A stretch of DNA of 64,000 nt from Balanoglossus misakiensis (Eukaryota > Animalia > Hemichordata), in assembly GCA_040954595.2 (NCBI GenBank), contig CM082583.2:7624849-7688848 (forward strand), given 5' to 3'. The translations under genes and the position numbers were made by a program. The notes below the pieces were generated by a model. That model had not been told where the DNA came from. It saw only the letters and a program-made list of their open reading frames with translations, and ran no database searches. Positions 40,701 to 55,779 of this stretch are shown here, one piece after another; position 1 is the first letter of the stretch; the number at the start of each line of letters is the position of its first letter.

Positions 40701-43700
40701 GTGATGACCAATGCTATGCAAGTTTTCAACAGGCACTTGTCACCGTATTTCAATGCTAGACAAGGAGTAAGGGGACAGACAATAAAACACCCTAATTGAT
40801 CTTTTATGTGGGGCGCTACACGGCCAGCATCGCGATTATAGACGGTTGAATAAGGACACAAGACGAGAGAGTGCAGGGGTTGTAAACAATTCATTGCGGG
40901 CTTTCGCGATGGGCTTGTTTATTGAAGAGGAATGAGAGCTCAGAAATCACACCATGTTTCTGTTACTTTCCTAATCCTTCACGTTTGTTTAAAGCCGTAT
41001 CGAGCTCTCGGCATTCACACTGAATTTCGACATTTTCTTGAACATTTTCTTTCAGTAAAGCCTAATTTGAAGCCTGTTTGAAGTAATGTTGAAGAGACTT
41101 ATTACAAAATAATCACATGTTTGCTATGTGAAAAATGCTAAGTTAAGTTACTAAGTTTTGTTAATGCGGTGCCCATACACAACTCATATTCTGTTCAGAA
41201 GAAAACCACCGAATGCCGATGATAATAATATGAAATTCAACTACATTGTGTATATGCACTAGAAATTGAAACCCTAAAATATCGCGTGTGCATCCACAAG
41301 CACTCAGCCTTTTTCATTAAAGAACCCCAGAAAATCTGAAACGTGATCCTAGACATTAGCAGAGCAAATACAGGGATATTGAATAATGATGGACAGGTAA
41401 AGTGTCGGAGAGTATTAGAAAACACAGTGAAATATTGATCAAATGCACAACACATGCATTAATATTGTTTAAACTACTCTTTCAGGCAAGCATATCTGAT
41501 AGGTGCTGTCCATGCAGACATGGCTTTCAGAGTGTGTCCCCAAAAGAGAATTCCTCTCAGCCTGAAGATCTATATGAATTCATCAGCCATTATGTTTCTG
41601 TATAATGAACTGGAAAATATGAATGGGCATTATGGGTACTAACACTGACTTCAATTCATGCTGCAAACAGCTGTAGACTTGAGTGCCGTGTATAATCTTT
41701 TAGTGTTCTATCCAACCTACCTGGCTTAAGACTCGATTGACAATTCATGTTTAGTATACGGTAATGTCTCCCTGCCTTTTGATGTGGGACAATGTAGTTT
41801 CACGGTTATAATTCAAATTGGCCTCGTTTCGGATTATTGACCATCGCTTGCAGAAGCATGATGAAGTATCGTTCTTTGAGGCAGCAATCTCCTTTGGGCA
41901 ATTCCGCCGCAGAAGAGTTAATAAAAAGTGGATTTTTTTTCGTGGGAGTCTCAATCAAACCATCAACAACAAAAGACAACTGTGAGAGTGTTCATGAAAC
42001 TAACATGAATAACAATTTCATAATGTTTCAGGAAACTGAACAAGAACACTGCAGACCATACTCACACAAAAAATACTGAAAACATAGCGAAAAGTTACAG
42101 CTAATGGAGCTTTAATACCGTCCATGTCCATGTATTACCTGTCGTTTATTTGAGTCAGAATTGACACAATCCATTGTACAGGTCTTCAAAACATCGAGGC
42201 AAATTAAAGCAGAATTGGCATGTGTCACTGCGACCTAGTAAATCCAGTAAACCAACTTTAAGAGAATCATCAAGTCAATCAACGCATGTCTTTCATGGAT
42301 CTAGATGGATGGAAATCCACGTTCAGGTCTCTATATATAAGCCAGACCCCTCCATCCAGCATAATACAGCAATCTAATGAAATTTAAATTGGATGTTCAA
42401 ATACAGAAATTCTGGGGAAATATCCCCTCCCTTCTGTGGACGACCCAATGATACAGATTACGCTCATCAGAGAAGATATGCATCAATAGGCTACTATTTT
42501 GTCATTTTACATTTCAGAGAATAACACATTTATCTTGAAATCCGTTCTTAAGGTAGTTTTTGTCGGGGGTCTGTCAGGATTAACCCAGCGTGCATCGTGA
42601 TCCAGGGCAGACAGACATTGCAGTATACTGCTCATTTGAGTAAACACTGTAACTCAATCTTTTCCAATTACCCTTTGTACAGAAGAAAATTGAACTCCCC
42701 ATGTGACAGTAGATAGTCATGCATGCAGGGAAGACATTTGCCAGGTGATCTTTTAACCAGGTGATCATCCTTAAAATGCGTCTGAGGAAAAAAATGCCAA
42801 AAGGCATGTGACTTCAATCTGTGACAGAGAATAAACCTGAAAGACACAGAAACTTGAAAGAACGGTGAAATATGCTTAAAATTGACGTATGGAATTTAAT
42901 TGATTTTGCTGTGATACGAGATGAAAATGGGTTTCTGATAGGTTTAAGAATTCAACACAACCATTTTGCATACAGCAAAAAATTCTATTAATATGACACT
43001 CACAGCTGGTCAATAATTATTTCTACAGCAAAATTCTATTAACAGTAGTCAAAGAAACTAGACTACCAAATGATATGAAATTCAGGTTATTTGAAAATCT
43101 TTATAACATTATTCATTCTGGTATTCACTTCCTTTATGTCCAGGAAATTCATCAGCGTGAGTAATTCCTCAATCAGAGGTTGTGTGACCTTAATCAGAAG
43201 CAGAGCCAATCTTGTTATTGCAATTTCACCATGGCAGCATGCTTATATATAAATTTAACTATTTCAGCCGCTTTTTTTCTCCCAATGTGGTTTGGAACAG
43301 AACAAGAAGCAGCTTACGAAAGAATGTGAAAAGTTTCTAAGTCCTGTTTAATCGGTGCGCTTTTCCTTGCCCTCATCTAGCTGAGAATAGAAGCCTGTGC
43401 CATGCAATGAACCTCACGATCCGATTTTCCTTGGAATTCACGATTTCAAGCAACCTGACAAGGTCCTTTAATATGCGAGGAAGTATGGATATCCTCCATG
43501 GCAATCATGCAGGGTTGTTGATAGAGTATAATATGGATAATATTTTTTACAAACCTACAGGTATTAGCAATTTGACTGTGACAACATTCACTTGTGTGCT
43601 GGTCAAACAATGTGTTTTTGCAGTAAATCTATTGAGCTTGATTAAATAGCAAATAATGCTTTATGAATATGATGTGTAAATGTACTGGTCATCCAATCCA

Positions 43701-46700
43701 TCAGGTAAGACTTGTTTCTGCACAGTGGGCAGATGATGTTATGTATATACCGGTATGTCACTATGGAGTATAATGGTGTAGAACCACAGGTTCTCACAAA
43801 ACATCCTTCGTAACTGAGAGGTGCTGGGTATAATTTGTTGTAAGACTAATTGAGGTTACTGCAAGCTAACTCAAGGAATTGTTTTGGAAACCTTTTATGT
43901 GAACCAAACACACTTGCAAAAAATGATTTGTTATTAAAAGAACCAACAGTCAGATGGTGCCTATTAATTTGGATTGGTTGTCAAATAGACATTGTTTTGC
44001 ATAAGACAGTACCTGAAAATCTGTGGGCTAGCTATTTCGACAAAAATATGAAAATAAGGAAACATCGCAGACGTACAACATCATGTCCACCAACTAAAAA
44101 TACTGTGGAGACAATATGTACAGTTCACAGTTGATACTCAGTGTCTCATCCATAGTCTGTGCTAAGTGCTCTGATAGAAAGTATTCGACGAACAGCGTGT
44201 CGATCTCATAAACAACTTGTACAGGTACTCGTCCAGGTAAACTACAGGGATGACAGCAGCGGGCTTATTTATGTTGCTAGTGGACAACTTAATGGCTGCA
44301 GTACCTCATACATCTGCCGGAATCTGCGGACGTTATTGTCTTTGTGAAGTGCTCCCACAGGAAGAATACTGTGCATAAATTGAAAGTTGTTATTCCGGCA
44401 AAACAAAAATAACACTGGATGTATATGTATATCTGTAATTGTGCTGAGATGTTGAAATCCAGGGATTAGAAACCTGCTCACCAAATGAATCTCTGAGGAT
44501 CATGGTTTCCCAGGTACGTTGCAAACAGATCGACAAGTTTATCAGTTTTTATGACTCATCATTGCCCAGTATGCATACATGTAACGGTTATGCTGAATTT
44601 ACGCACACATTTCCAATAAAGCTTAGCCTGCATAATGATCATTTATGACTATGATGTGCCAGACTGAATCTACCATGGTGCACCTGTTGATCAATTTCCT
44701 TGGCGGTCCTGTTCAAAGGAACTGTGTCTCTAGCATAAGAGTTTGTTTTTCTATCACTTTGCTCAGACAGACGTGGCAACTACCAAATATGTATGGCTAT
44801 TACTGTCTTTGATGCCTGCACTGCTCAACAGAAAGTTTAGGGTCCCTGTCATTATTAAGGATTCAGCATTCATTGGATAGAAGTATCTAACCGGCTAGTT
44901 CTCTTGTCCAATCACAGCAAAGGTGAGAGATGATGGTGTCACATGTATATGTGAAGGCCAGGTCTTCGCGATTAAATTTGCATCAATACCATCTAATTGT
45001 TTCATGTCTCTGGCTTCAGCACGGAACTGTATAGGTCTTCCAAGCTGCTTTGAAGAAAGGCAACCCGGCAACAGAACTTGTTGTTGACAGCATTGCGTGT
45101 CACAGGAAGCCAGTGACTTATTCACCATTTCCAACAGTGGTGATACACATGTAGCTTGTTGTGAGTCAGTAACTGAACCCTGAATCCTTCTGACTGTCAC
45201 CAAGTGTTAAAGAGTTTCACAACATTGGACACACTGGTTTAAAGGCTTAAAGCACAAGAAGTTTTTTTGCTTTCCAGTAGATGACACAATGATGTTTCTG
45301 CATAGACTGCTTAATTTGCACATTGTCCACAATCTGTTTTTCACATTTGTACCGGTATGGACAGCAATATTGGAGTGGCCACCCATTTATTATCTATCTT
45401 GCTCAAACTTGCTCATGCAGTCTCTGCAATCAGTTGTTAACAAGTACTTGTATACACAGATTCTGCAATTTGAGGTTTAAAGTTAATGATGACAAAAATG
45501 CACACTAAAAAATAAGTTGTAGCTCAGCAAGAATTTCGAATCAAATGCATAGTCCACCTCAATCCCCTACAGTTTCTTTCCAACCAGAGGTGCCTGCTTT
45601 TTCACTGCAGAGAAAATACGTCAGCCCCTTGAGGATGCAAAAAAGAAATTCCTTGAGTCGAATGCAGCACTTCTAAAATGCTTGTTGATATCTGGCATCA
45701 GTTTGCATCCAAGCATGACGGCAGACATAACCATATATCTAAGAGACGGTGAATTTTCCAGGGCACAGGGAGAAGGTGATAATTATCTTCCACTTTTTTT
45801 TGTGTGCGGTTTGTATTTATTACACCTCCGGATCACCGCCCCAATCCTCGCCGAGAGAGCACCCCTAGTATTCATCAAGCCCATTTCTGTCACTGTGCAG
45901 ACAAGCGGAACAGGGCCACACATGAGACAATTCCTCTCATATACCTATACAGCTCCCAACATCACGACAAGAACTGCCATGCCGACCTGCAGAAGACTAA
46001 ACGTAAATTTTCATTACACAGCCTAGATGGGAGTTTTATACGTCTGAGTTTGAAATTGATTTTCCTTGGCAAAGTGGAGCGCGGCGTCCATCTATCAGTT
46101 TTAGCTCGAGCCGATCCTTACATAAATTGTAATTAAATTCCAAACTTAAGGCCCCTCGTCTTATATCTGGGGTGTTTGTCTCTCTCTCTCTCTCTCTCGG
46201 CGGAGTGCGATGCCAAACTTGCCTGATCCTTCCCCCTCCGGAGGGTTAATTACTACGGGCTTGTCATTCCCCCTCTTTTCAGTCTTTCTCTTTTGTGTGT
46301 TTGGAAAATAAATAACGCGCTTCTGTCGCACTGTCATTCATCCTATTTAGTCCCGCTTTGTGGCGAAAACCTATTACTAGCGTTGCTATGGCGAAGTGCA
46401 GGTATATGCCTTAAAGAAAAACACTCTGTGTGCACCATGATGGACTGGCTCAGCTAACACTAACAGCAATGATGGTCTTCTCAATCTCTTACTGCAGCTA
46501 ATGGCAGTACATTCATCAGTGGCATCATTTTTTTCTAGTTTAATAATTACATTTATGGCTTTTCAAGAGGATCACTGTTGATTGGAAAAACTGGCACCCT
46601 GATTTCGCTTTATGGACCTTGAGACTATTTAGTTTTACACAATTACGGTACACTTCATTCTTGAATCAAATATCAACATGGAAGTACATGTATGTGGTTC

Positions 46701-49700
46701 CTGACATACCGGTAAATCATTTATACCATAGAGGCTTAAAGATATTGTTCAGTTTGCAGAGGTGTCTGGTTTATAGAGTGGTTCTTTTGAGATGTGGTTC
46801 TTTGTACACTCTGGTTTCCAGATTAGGCAGGGTTTGGTTTAGACAAGTTTTACTGTGGTATGTAAGGAAGGGTATACACACATACCAAGATGTAGAATGA
46901 GAGAAGTAGAAAAGTTTGAGAAAAAAGTTCACTTGGGGTCGTTTACACCGCTCTCCCGCGCAGTACTTTCGCGCGATGGACTTTTTTGATGAAGTAGCCG
47001 TGCTGTGAGGGGAGGGTGCTTGAAAGATAGATTGGTGATCAAGACACTAAGCCTCACGAGAGGAAACAAGAAAAATCACCCTTAATGCAAATCCATGAAT
47101 CATTTTTTTTTCCTGGTGTGTCGTGACTCGGGTGGCATCATCAAAACATTCAATGTTTGCACGGGGATTACGTTCAACCAAGCATGCAACCCAACAAGCC
47201 CACAACAGAAGTAATAACGTTCGGCTTGTCTTGTAGGAGTCCTGGGAGAAAAATTAAAGAATGAAAAAAAAAAACGTTTCGTGTTTGCCGCCGTACCCGA
47301 GAATTAAAACTTGAGACGATAATCTCGAGAAAAAAATTCAGGGTGCGTTATGCGTTTGCGTTTAAGAGGCAAATCAGAATGGAGGCAATTTTTCATCTGA
47401 AGGTGCTTAAAGGGACGCGAAGCAATTGTCACTACCGCGGTGGAATCTAAAACAGTGCGCCGATTCAAGTCTTAGACTTTAATTGGCTATGGTATAGGAC
47501 TACGAATCAATTTGGAATTACGCCGGGCGAAGACACTTCAGTCATTGCGAGGTTAATCCGGCCTCAAATAAACCACTATGATCAGCATGATATGCAATGT
47601 ATGTGAAATGGATTTTGCTTAGGGCAGTACAACGTCTGAGAGATTTTGACACAAATACAACAATTGCTACTATAGTTAGCTTCTTCATGCAATATTTCTT
47701 AAACACAGCAAATATTCGTCAGGAGGGTTAGCATACAACTGTATTCTGTAACACTGCATGCCATCAAGTGATATCTGCTGCTATAATATTTGCGTGGAAG
47801 TGACAATATTTGCTAAATGCTTGTGTTTCAACAAATATGCAATTTGAAAGTATTTGCATGCGATATGAAAGTCTACAATTGATTTGGCCACTGGAGTGCT
47901 TGTCTCGGCATCTGTGCAAATACAAGTTTTCTTCGCCAAACTGCATTTCATGAATAACGGGAGTCAGAGTGTTTATTCGCTGGTATCATCTTGTTCATCT
48001 GTATCAGACAATTCCTTGTTGCTTCCCTCAAAAGCCATGGCAACGCTCACTGTGCCCATAATCTCAACCCTCTTCAGAATCATTACAAGTTTACACGCTG
48101 ATACAGCATTTGATGTTGGCTATCATCCTAGTTTATACACATCATCCATTATACTGTAAATGGTATGATACCCGTTGCTAGGAGACGAGGCGGGATCTCT
48201 GCATGCTCCTGGTCTGTGTTGCTATGAGGGTACAACTTAACCTCATCTTCACAGAGCGGGATAGCACAGCTGTCATGGTTATCATTCAGTCCAGATTTCA
48301 AAGTACACGGATTTGTACATTTGTCAAATTTCAGTTACAGGTGCTAGATACAGGCACGGCAATCTTGTGAAATATACACGCAAATGGTACTCCCATTAAA
48401 TATGACAACGGCTATGTATAATGGTGATAGTGCATGAAGATAGGGGGGCCAGTAGTTGATAACGCGACAACCTGTTCTAAATGTTTCAAGATTACACAGA
48501 TACTTACTAACTTACTTTCTTGAGTTCACAAGCCTGTGTGTCATTTCAGCATTTTTCTGTACCTCAAAATTTACCACATAGTATATTTTCTACACCCCTG
48601 AATCACTAATATATAATCACCATGACAACCTGAATAAAAAGTTGCACAAGATTATTCCTTTTCCAATGAATAAGCCCACGTCAGCTGAATTGGAGATGCT
48701 AGGTAATCAGAACACACTCGGCATCAAGGTTCTGGGATCAATGGAACTCTCGGTAGAAACATATGACGCTTGTATTACGGTAGAATATCAGCTGAAATGC
48801 ACTCGGTTCGTCTGTCAACTTTTATGAATGACCTTGCTGCATTCATGGCAACGCGGACAAATTAATATTAATGGCGGCATCGTGCGGCTTTGCTATTACA
48901 CATTATACTGACACAATTACCCGGTCCTAAATGGACATTAAGGCTTGACCCTTGTGTCAAATAAAATACCCCAGACTCTATACTTTTTTTTCCCAGGGTT
49001 CCAATTTCTTCCATAAATTTGTACGTATACATGTGTTTGGTGTATATACTCATGTCTTGAAACCATCACAGAAACTATGCAGCTATTACCAAGTTTGAAC
49101 TTTTCCAACTGTTCGATAATTTCATTAAATTTAGGAGCTCAACAGATGTATTATGTAGACAAGAATTTCTCCACAGAAACATGAGGGAGGTTATCAAAAT
49201 CATACTGCAATGAAATTTACGCTCCACATCTGGGACAAATGAACATGTTAATTTGATTCAACTAGCGCCAGTGACACTGTAGTCTCCTGAACACATTAAA
49301 TGAGAGCACATCTACAGAGTATATATGGTAGGAATTCCATCGTGTGGTGCTAATAGTGACATATTGTCAACGTATGTAAAGTTTCAGATGTAGAAACCTT
49401 TTTTCTGCAATGTTTTATGCTTGGGTAAGGGCTCGTACCGTTAATAGCTAATTATGCATAATATTTGAGGCGGGATTATTAAGCTAAGCCCATTTCTGAG
49501 CATGGGTTTGTAACCACAAATATAAAGGTGTGGCAGCTTTGTGATTCATGTATGAAATTGCAATGCCTGGGAATTAGCCTACTCATAATTGCAACAAAAA
49601 CCTGATACGAAGGACTTTATATGCACACAATATTTCATTAAGTAATTACTCATCGAAAGCAAGGTAAATTCTGTAACTCATTATTTGTGTTCAGAAACTG

Positions 49701-50902
49701 TCATGCAGACAGAGTCTGCATACGTGACTTATTCACTTAAAGCAACCAAGGGAAACAATTAGACCGGCAGTCACAGCAATATAGCGTTTTCATGAATTAA
49801 TTTGTAAATATGCATGACCTTCAAGCAAGGGAAACAAGTCGCACACAGTTTACACGATGCTAATTAAAACCATTGTGAATTAATATCATAAAATTTACAA
49901 ATTACAATCAGACAGCGAAGCTGATGCAGACAGATTATTTTGCAAATTGATTTTCTACTTGATTTCGTCTTTTATTACTTTCATGCACTGTCATTTGATT
50001 GATTGCATCAGAGCAGAGCTGCTGTTTATTAATATCGCTTTCATAATAAGCGAGTTGTATTCGCAACCGTGAATATGACTGTGTATGTCTCTCTGCATGT
50101 CCACTGGTGCACACAATACTACATTTGTAACGGGCATGTATTTAGCCTTCAATCAGCTGATTCAACAGAACTGGTAGGCAGCAAGTGTGACGTTCTCATA
50201 GTACAGATGGAATTCATCCAAGGGGTTTTGGATACATCCATGCTCAGCTTCCATACCTGAAATCTGGTATTTGCCAACAAAATCCTGGAGTTTTTTCCCC
50301 AATGATTTTCTGTTTTAATGACCTCACAGTCATGACATGTTTAACCACAATGTTCTGTTACTCATATTATGCACTGCAGAGTGTTTCCCCATCTCTTGAC
50401 TAAAAGGCACTGATGCATTTCTGTAAGAGCGGGTAATTTTGATACATGTATTCAAATCTCCCCAATTTACTAGAACTACACAATTCTATTGAGGAAATGT
50501 TCAAGCAATCCGGAATGAAATCTAATTTTATTCTTTTTTTGGGAGCAAGGATTAAAATGCCAAGAATGAGCGCCATAAACCACTTCTAATTTCCTGTGCA
50601 ATTTGCACATAGATGAAGGTTAAGGGATGGAATTCTACAAAACGAAGTTAAAAAAACTCTGTGTTTAGGATAATCGTTGATTGCGCACACAAATGGGTGT
50701 CCCGTGGGTTTTGCATCTCGCTAAGTATAGTGACTATATTTGATGTGGTCACTGGTATAGCTTGCAAGTCCTAGCCAGGCAACACCACATTCACATTCAA
50801 ACTTCCAGCCTAACACTGTAAAAGCCTCAGAGATTCACACACTTCAGTTAGCAACACAGAAAAAATGGCTCCCGGCATTACTTAGTTCGAGTTGGCTTTG
50901 AC

Positions 50903-51347
50903 AAACAAGCGACCTAAACCGCCGTTTAGCTCCGCTGTAATACTTTGCAATATAAACAAGATAACTGTTTAAATGGCGCACTTCTCTTGAGAATCGGACA
51001 AACTTGACAACAGAGCTAAAAAGGCAAATTTGCGATGTAGCAAAAAAAAATTTTGTAACGCAAAATCTGTCACAATTTAAACAAAATTGACTTAGATCAC
51101 ACATGCAATTTTTGATGATTTTTGAAGACTTTTCTAAAACCAAAAATTGTCCCTACAAATATGCAAATTTCACCACAATTTGAACAAACTTTACTTAGGT
51201 CACCCCTAGGAATCTGCATACCAAATATCAAATGTAATCGGACAAGAGGTTTCGGAGAAGACATTAGTAGTGATAGATTTTGATGCGTGACGGACAATAT
51301 AATCAACCTATCTGATAAGCTCCGCAGTGCTGACAGCGCCGCTAAAA
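50903..51347 (+). mobile_element. Helentron/HINE (DINE-1-like) non-autonomous rolling-circle element remnant
   Basis: Starts AAACAAG with AGCTCCGCTG near the 5' end. Ends with the same motif in an imperfect hairpin ATAAGCTCCGCAGTGCTGACAGCGCCGCTAAAA. Internal CATACCAAATATCA..GACGGAC blocks resemble such elements in marine invertebrates (pattern recognition, no database check). Confidence 0.45.
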
Positions 51348-52918
51348 CAACTTTTGATTTTAAAAGAACGTATAAGACATTTGGCAATGAAAATAACAGT
51401 ATCATTAGAGTACATAAACTTTGGTAAAATGAAGACCTATGGATTCTTTGCGCTGAATCGTGTGCATATTTGTTCACTTTTCTCTTTTTGACCCAAAAGC
51501 ACTGGATAAACCCACTCTCAACAAGATCAAATTACAATTCCATGATGCTCTCATAGTCGTCGATCGACAATTTCCACCAATTTGGTCGTTTTCCATTTTA
51601 GCTGCCAATGCAAACACTGTCGCGGCAATGTCAACGTTCACCCAGAAGATATTAAAATTTTGACATTGCCATGGTAACACTTGAAACACAATGCCTCAGA
51701 GACACTCACCCGAAGCCATCCTTACAACCTAATATGAACTGCAAAAAAAAAAAAAAAAAACGATCACTAAATGAGAAAAAAGGGTTTGGGGGGAAAATCT
51801 ATGTCAGCTTAGGTGGCAGACATTACTTACTTCAGCAAACAAGGATTCAGACAGAGTTCTTTCAATGGGTTCACCGGCAATCACGCTGACCAAACATCGG
51901 CAAATGGCTTCACGGCTCTAAGTATATTACAGCTAATATACATGTACTATACTGTATGAGGCACTGTCACCATCAACTACTAAGACTGCCGGTACACTTT
52001 CATCACCGATATTGACCGTATAACCACAGTACGTCTCTCGGATATTACTCTTTCTCCATCTTCTCAATTATTTCATCAACGGTGGAAAAAGGACCTGCTG
52101 TTGCTTAGGGTCCAGGACTATCCATGTGATTTTTTGATCAAGTTGATTTTCTAGGGAAAAAATTTCCGGGAATGGTTAATGTAGTATTGTTTGTCGGGGT
52201 ATGTATTGTTGCTATGTGGTGTACATGTGTGGCCTTTGAGGGTGAAACTTTGAAATCTGTTCTGATTCCATTAATATGTTTTAGTTGTCGGCCTAGAATA
52301 CAACAGTCAATCATGGTCTATGTTACTCTTGTGGTCGTTTCTATCATTCTTTGCTCGAAACATACAAGTTCGATGTTGCTATTGGCAAAAATAACAGTTT
52401 ACATGGGCTTGAAGGCATAGCAGTCAAAATTTGATACACAAAGCATACATGTAACAGGAAAATTCACTACTAATATTTAAAATCAGTTTAGTATCTGCTA
52501 TGCTGTATTTTTAAATGGACGAATCTAAAGTGGTTTTCTTGCACCCAATTTTCTCAACTGCAAAGGCCGCTGGCTGTGCAGTAATTTTATTGGGGAAAAA
52601 ATCAATAAAGTGCTTAGAACTGTCAGAGATGCAGTCAAGACTAGATTGCAATTGATAGGCATTCAGAGCTGCAGGCGTTGTGCTGACACAACCAATATTG
52701 AAAACAGGAGTTTTGAGACTTGCCCCAGGATATCCAATGAATGGAGAGAAAAAAAAAGACGTTATGGATTAAAGCCAACAGATTTATTAAATTGATTTTC
52801 AGCTCATGCTTTCATTTCATTAGGATTGTTTGTTTTGTGCGATACTTCCAGACAATTTACTGAAAGATGCCGAAATCATGAGCAATCAGTTTCGTGACTG
52901 TGCAAGACCATCTGAAAG

Positions 52919-53018
52919 TACTGTAAAACGGAGAATTTTGGCGAACGATAAATTTTCGCGAACTATGCAAGAGTAAAACAAACGTGATAAATAATTACGA
53001 AAGAAAATGTGTACAGTA
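52919..53018. mobile_element. Short TA-flanked MITE remnant (TA-CTGTA...TACAG-TA)
   Basis: Inverted termini TACTGTA/TACAGTA about 100 bp apart, with internal ATTTTCGCG/GCGAA-type inverted motifs. Confidence 0.45.
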
Positions 53019-55779
53019 GAATTTTATTCAGAGAGAAAGAGAACACGAAAATTTGACAGCCCCAGGTGATTATATCCAGGTCTAACTGCAGAGGGAAACA
53101 AACATTGATTTCTTGCCAGTCTTGCAGAATTTAATAAATGCTGCTTGTTTCATTTAAATTTCGATCGTAAGGAGGCCGTTATGTGATTGAGCTGAAACAA
53201 GACCCAGGCTGTTGACTGATTCATCGTGGCAATATCTTTAAAAAAAATGACTGATAAGCCAGGATCTCTTTTGCAACTAAAGTCGAAAAGTTGCTATATT
53301 TGTAAGCACCTGAACACATCCAAAAAAACAACCTTCACAAAAATGGGCACCTGAGACATCTTCACAGCATGCATAGATAATTGACAACATATTGTCCTGA
53401 ATACATGGAAACGCATTGAAATCAATAATAATGGTCATTACTGACTTCATGGATTACATAACAATTTTCAACGAAATCAACAAACGCGTCTCTCAAATGA
53501 AAAATATAACCGTGGAAATAGACAATTAACAGGAAAAATGGATAATAAAGGAAGTGAGGGCAGAGACCACTTCTGTTGAATCTTTGGAAAGAAGCGAAAG
53601 AGGAGACGGCCGACCTTCTATTCTCTTTTGACAGGTAATCAACCAATCGCTGTGTTACAAGTTACAAAACATCATCCCACTCCGCGGTAATGCGCCACTG
53701 AAAGGATTTCACAGTACACGTTATTACAACAATTTAAATGGCCATGTCAGATATATATCAGCCGGCAATCTATTGACTGACCTCCCCCTTTAAGGCAGCG
53801 ATAATTTCAGAACATATCGGGGCAAAATGTTGAAGGCAGAAATATTGTTTTAGGGGCGCATTTAAGATTTTTAAACAGCTGTCTCAAAGAATCCATGAGC
53901 ACCGTTTGATCTCTGACCTCGAGTCCACAATTTCTTGTACATTTTGTTGGGGTGGTGGTGGGGATTGGTGGTCGACCAGTTGAGTGATGTCTATTTTTCA
54001 ATATAAAAAACCCAGTAAAATAGCAACCGGCTTGACCGAAAGCTGATCATAATGCCATGACTGTTATGACTTCATTTCTGTACCTTTTTTTAAGCTGTAG
54101 ATTTCTAAGTAGCCTTATTCATCATCTTAATGGCACTGTACTACATACATTTACATATGCATCAGAAACTGCCGGGCACTGACGCTGAAGAACTTGCTCC
54201 CAAGGGTACCACTTGGCCGTTCCAATTTGTAAAATGAGAAACCGCTCGGATTTTCACCTTCAAATATTGAGATTTAAGCAATCTATTGATTTTACCGATT
54301 ACATACAGTCAAAATGTACTGGAAACAAAATTACCGCGAAGAGGGATCACCGCCATTTTCTCTTTCACAGCAGCGGTGTGAACAGTCAAGAAACTGTGAC
54401 ATGTTTTCAATTATTTGGGAACTTAAGATTCCAGCTTAAGTAAATCCCCCACAGACCTACCTCCAAATTTTATTGCTTGATTTTATATGCTAATTCCCTG
54501 ATAGGGAGAGAGAGAGCTACAATGGTGACTCATATCTGCGTGCGAGATCAGCATGGACTGAATGCTCAGCACTTTTCACTCCATTGATAAGAAAATTGAC
54601 TTCAGGCTTAATAATAGAAGCATTATTCAGGACAATCAAACCACATAATGTTTAATCAGTGTCTACGTTGATAAAATTATTTAATTTTTTAATCTTTAAA
54701 ATTGAAATTAGCATACAAAATCAAGTTGCTAACTCTACGAAAGATCAGGGTGTTTAAAAAATAAAAATTTACAATCAGAAAAAACAGGCCAATATTATGA
54801 ATTATTCCCCTTTATGGAACTCATCATGTTTTCAAGGTGGGCTTCATAGTACTTCATTATTAAGTTAATTACAGTCTCGCCATGAGACCTTCCATTGCAA
54901 AAGTAATAATATCACAAAGATGGCAGATGTCATCAGCTTCTTCAAGACCCTGGGTGAAGTGATGCCTTTATAATACTCAATTCCTGTGCTTTTAATTACT
55001 CGTGGAAATTTGTTTTCATGAAATACTGGGTTTAATTCACTGAGATGGACGACCATGACCAGATTTGTCCATTTCTTGCTGTGAGAAATGGGAGTTTGTT
55101 TCCCATGTACATTTCACCGGTTAGGAAGAATGAAATTGACAAATGAGGTGGCCCGTCTTTGTGAACCTGGAAACAACAAGTCAGTTTCCCGACTGAAGAC
55201 ATTTTTTTGTCCTCATTAAAGAATCTTCAGAGGTCTATGGCAGTCTGAGGAAAGTGGTTTGTAGTCGTCTTAAAACAGTCAAGTATAGAATAAATGACTA
55301 TACCACACACACACACACTCAGTTTAATCGTATAATGTGCGCCAAAACAAAGTCGTCGTAAAACGTTCGGAAATCGCTGAATGCAAGGCAGACAATGGCA
55401 GGCGGAGTACAAGGCTCCTCCACACCTTAAAGACCTCCTACAACTCGCCAATAAATGCGATTTTTGTTTGTTTTAGGAGTTCTAAACATTCAATATGTCA
55501 CTTTCACAGAGTGCCAACTTCCTCCGTTTAATGACTCTTTCCTGGAGGGGCTTTCATGTCTTTTCTTTGGGACCCACCCGAGATTCATTTAAACAAGATG
55601 ATAGCTTTTTCCTGTAAAGCAAATTAACGCTTGAATAAAGATCACCAGAATAAAATAACACTCCCAGGAGAGAAAACAAACAAAGTGTAGTGGTCTATTT
55701 ATATCACGACTAAATGGCATAGGTGTCAAGGTTAGCTGTGAACATCCATCACAAGGACTACGGGAGGATATGTGCTGCA

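Noticed and set aside
44294-44376. Minus-strand segment MHSILPVGALHKDNNVRRFRQMYE followed by GT
   Set aside because: Weak donor (GTACTG), no homology and no partner exon; indistinguishable from chance.
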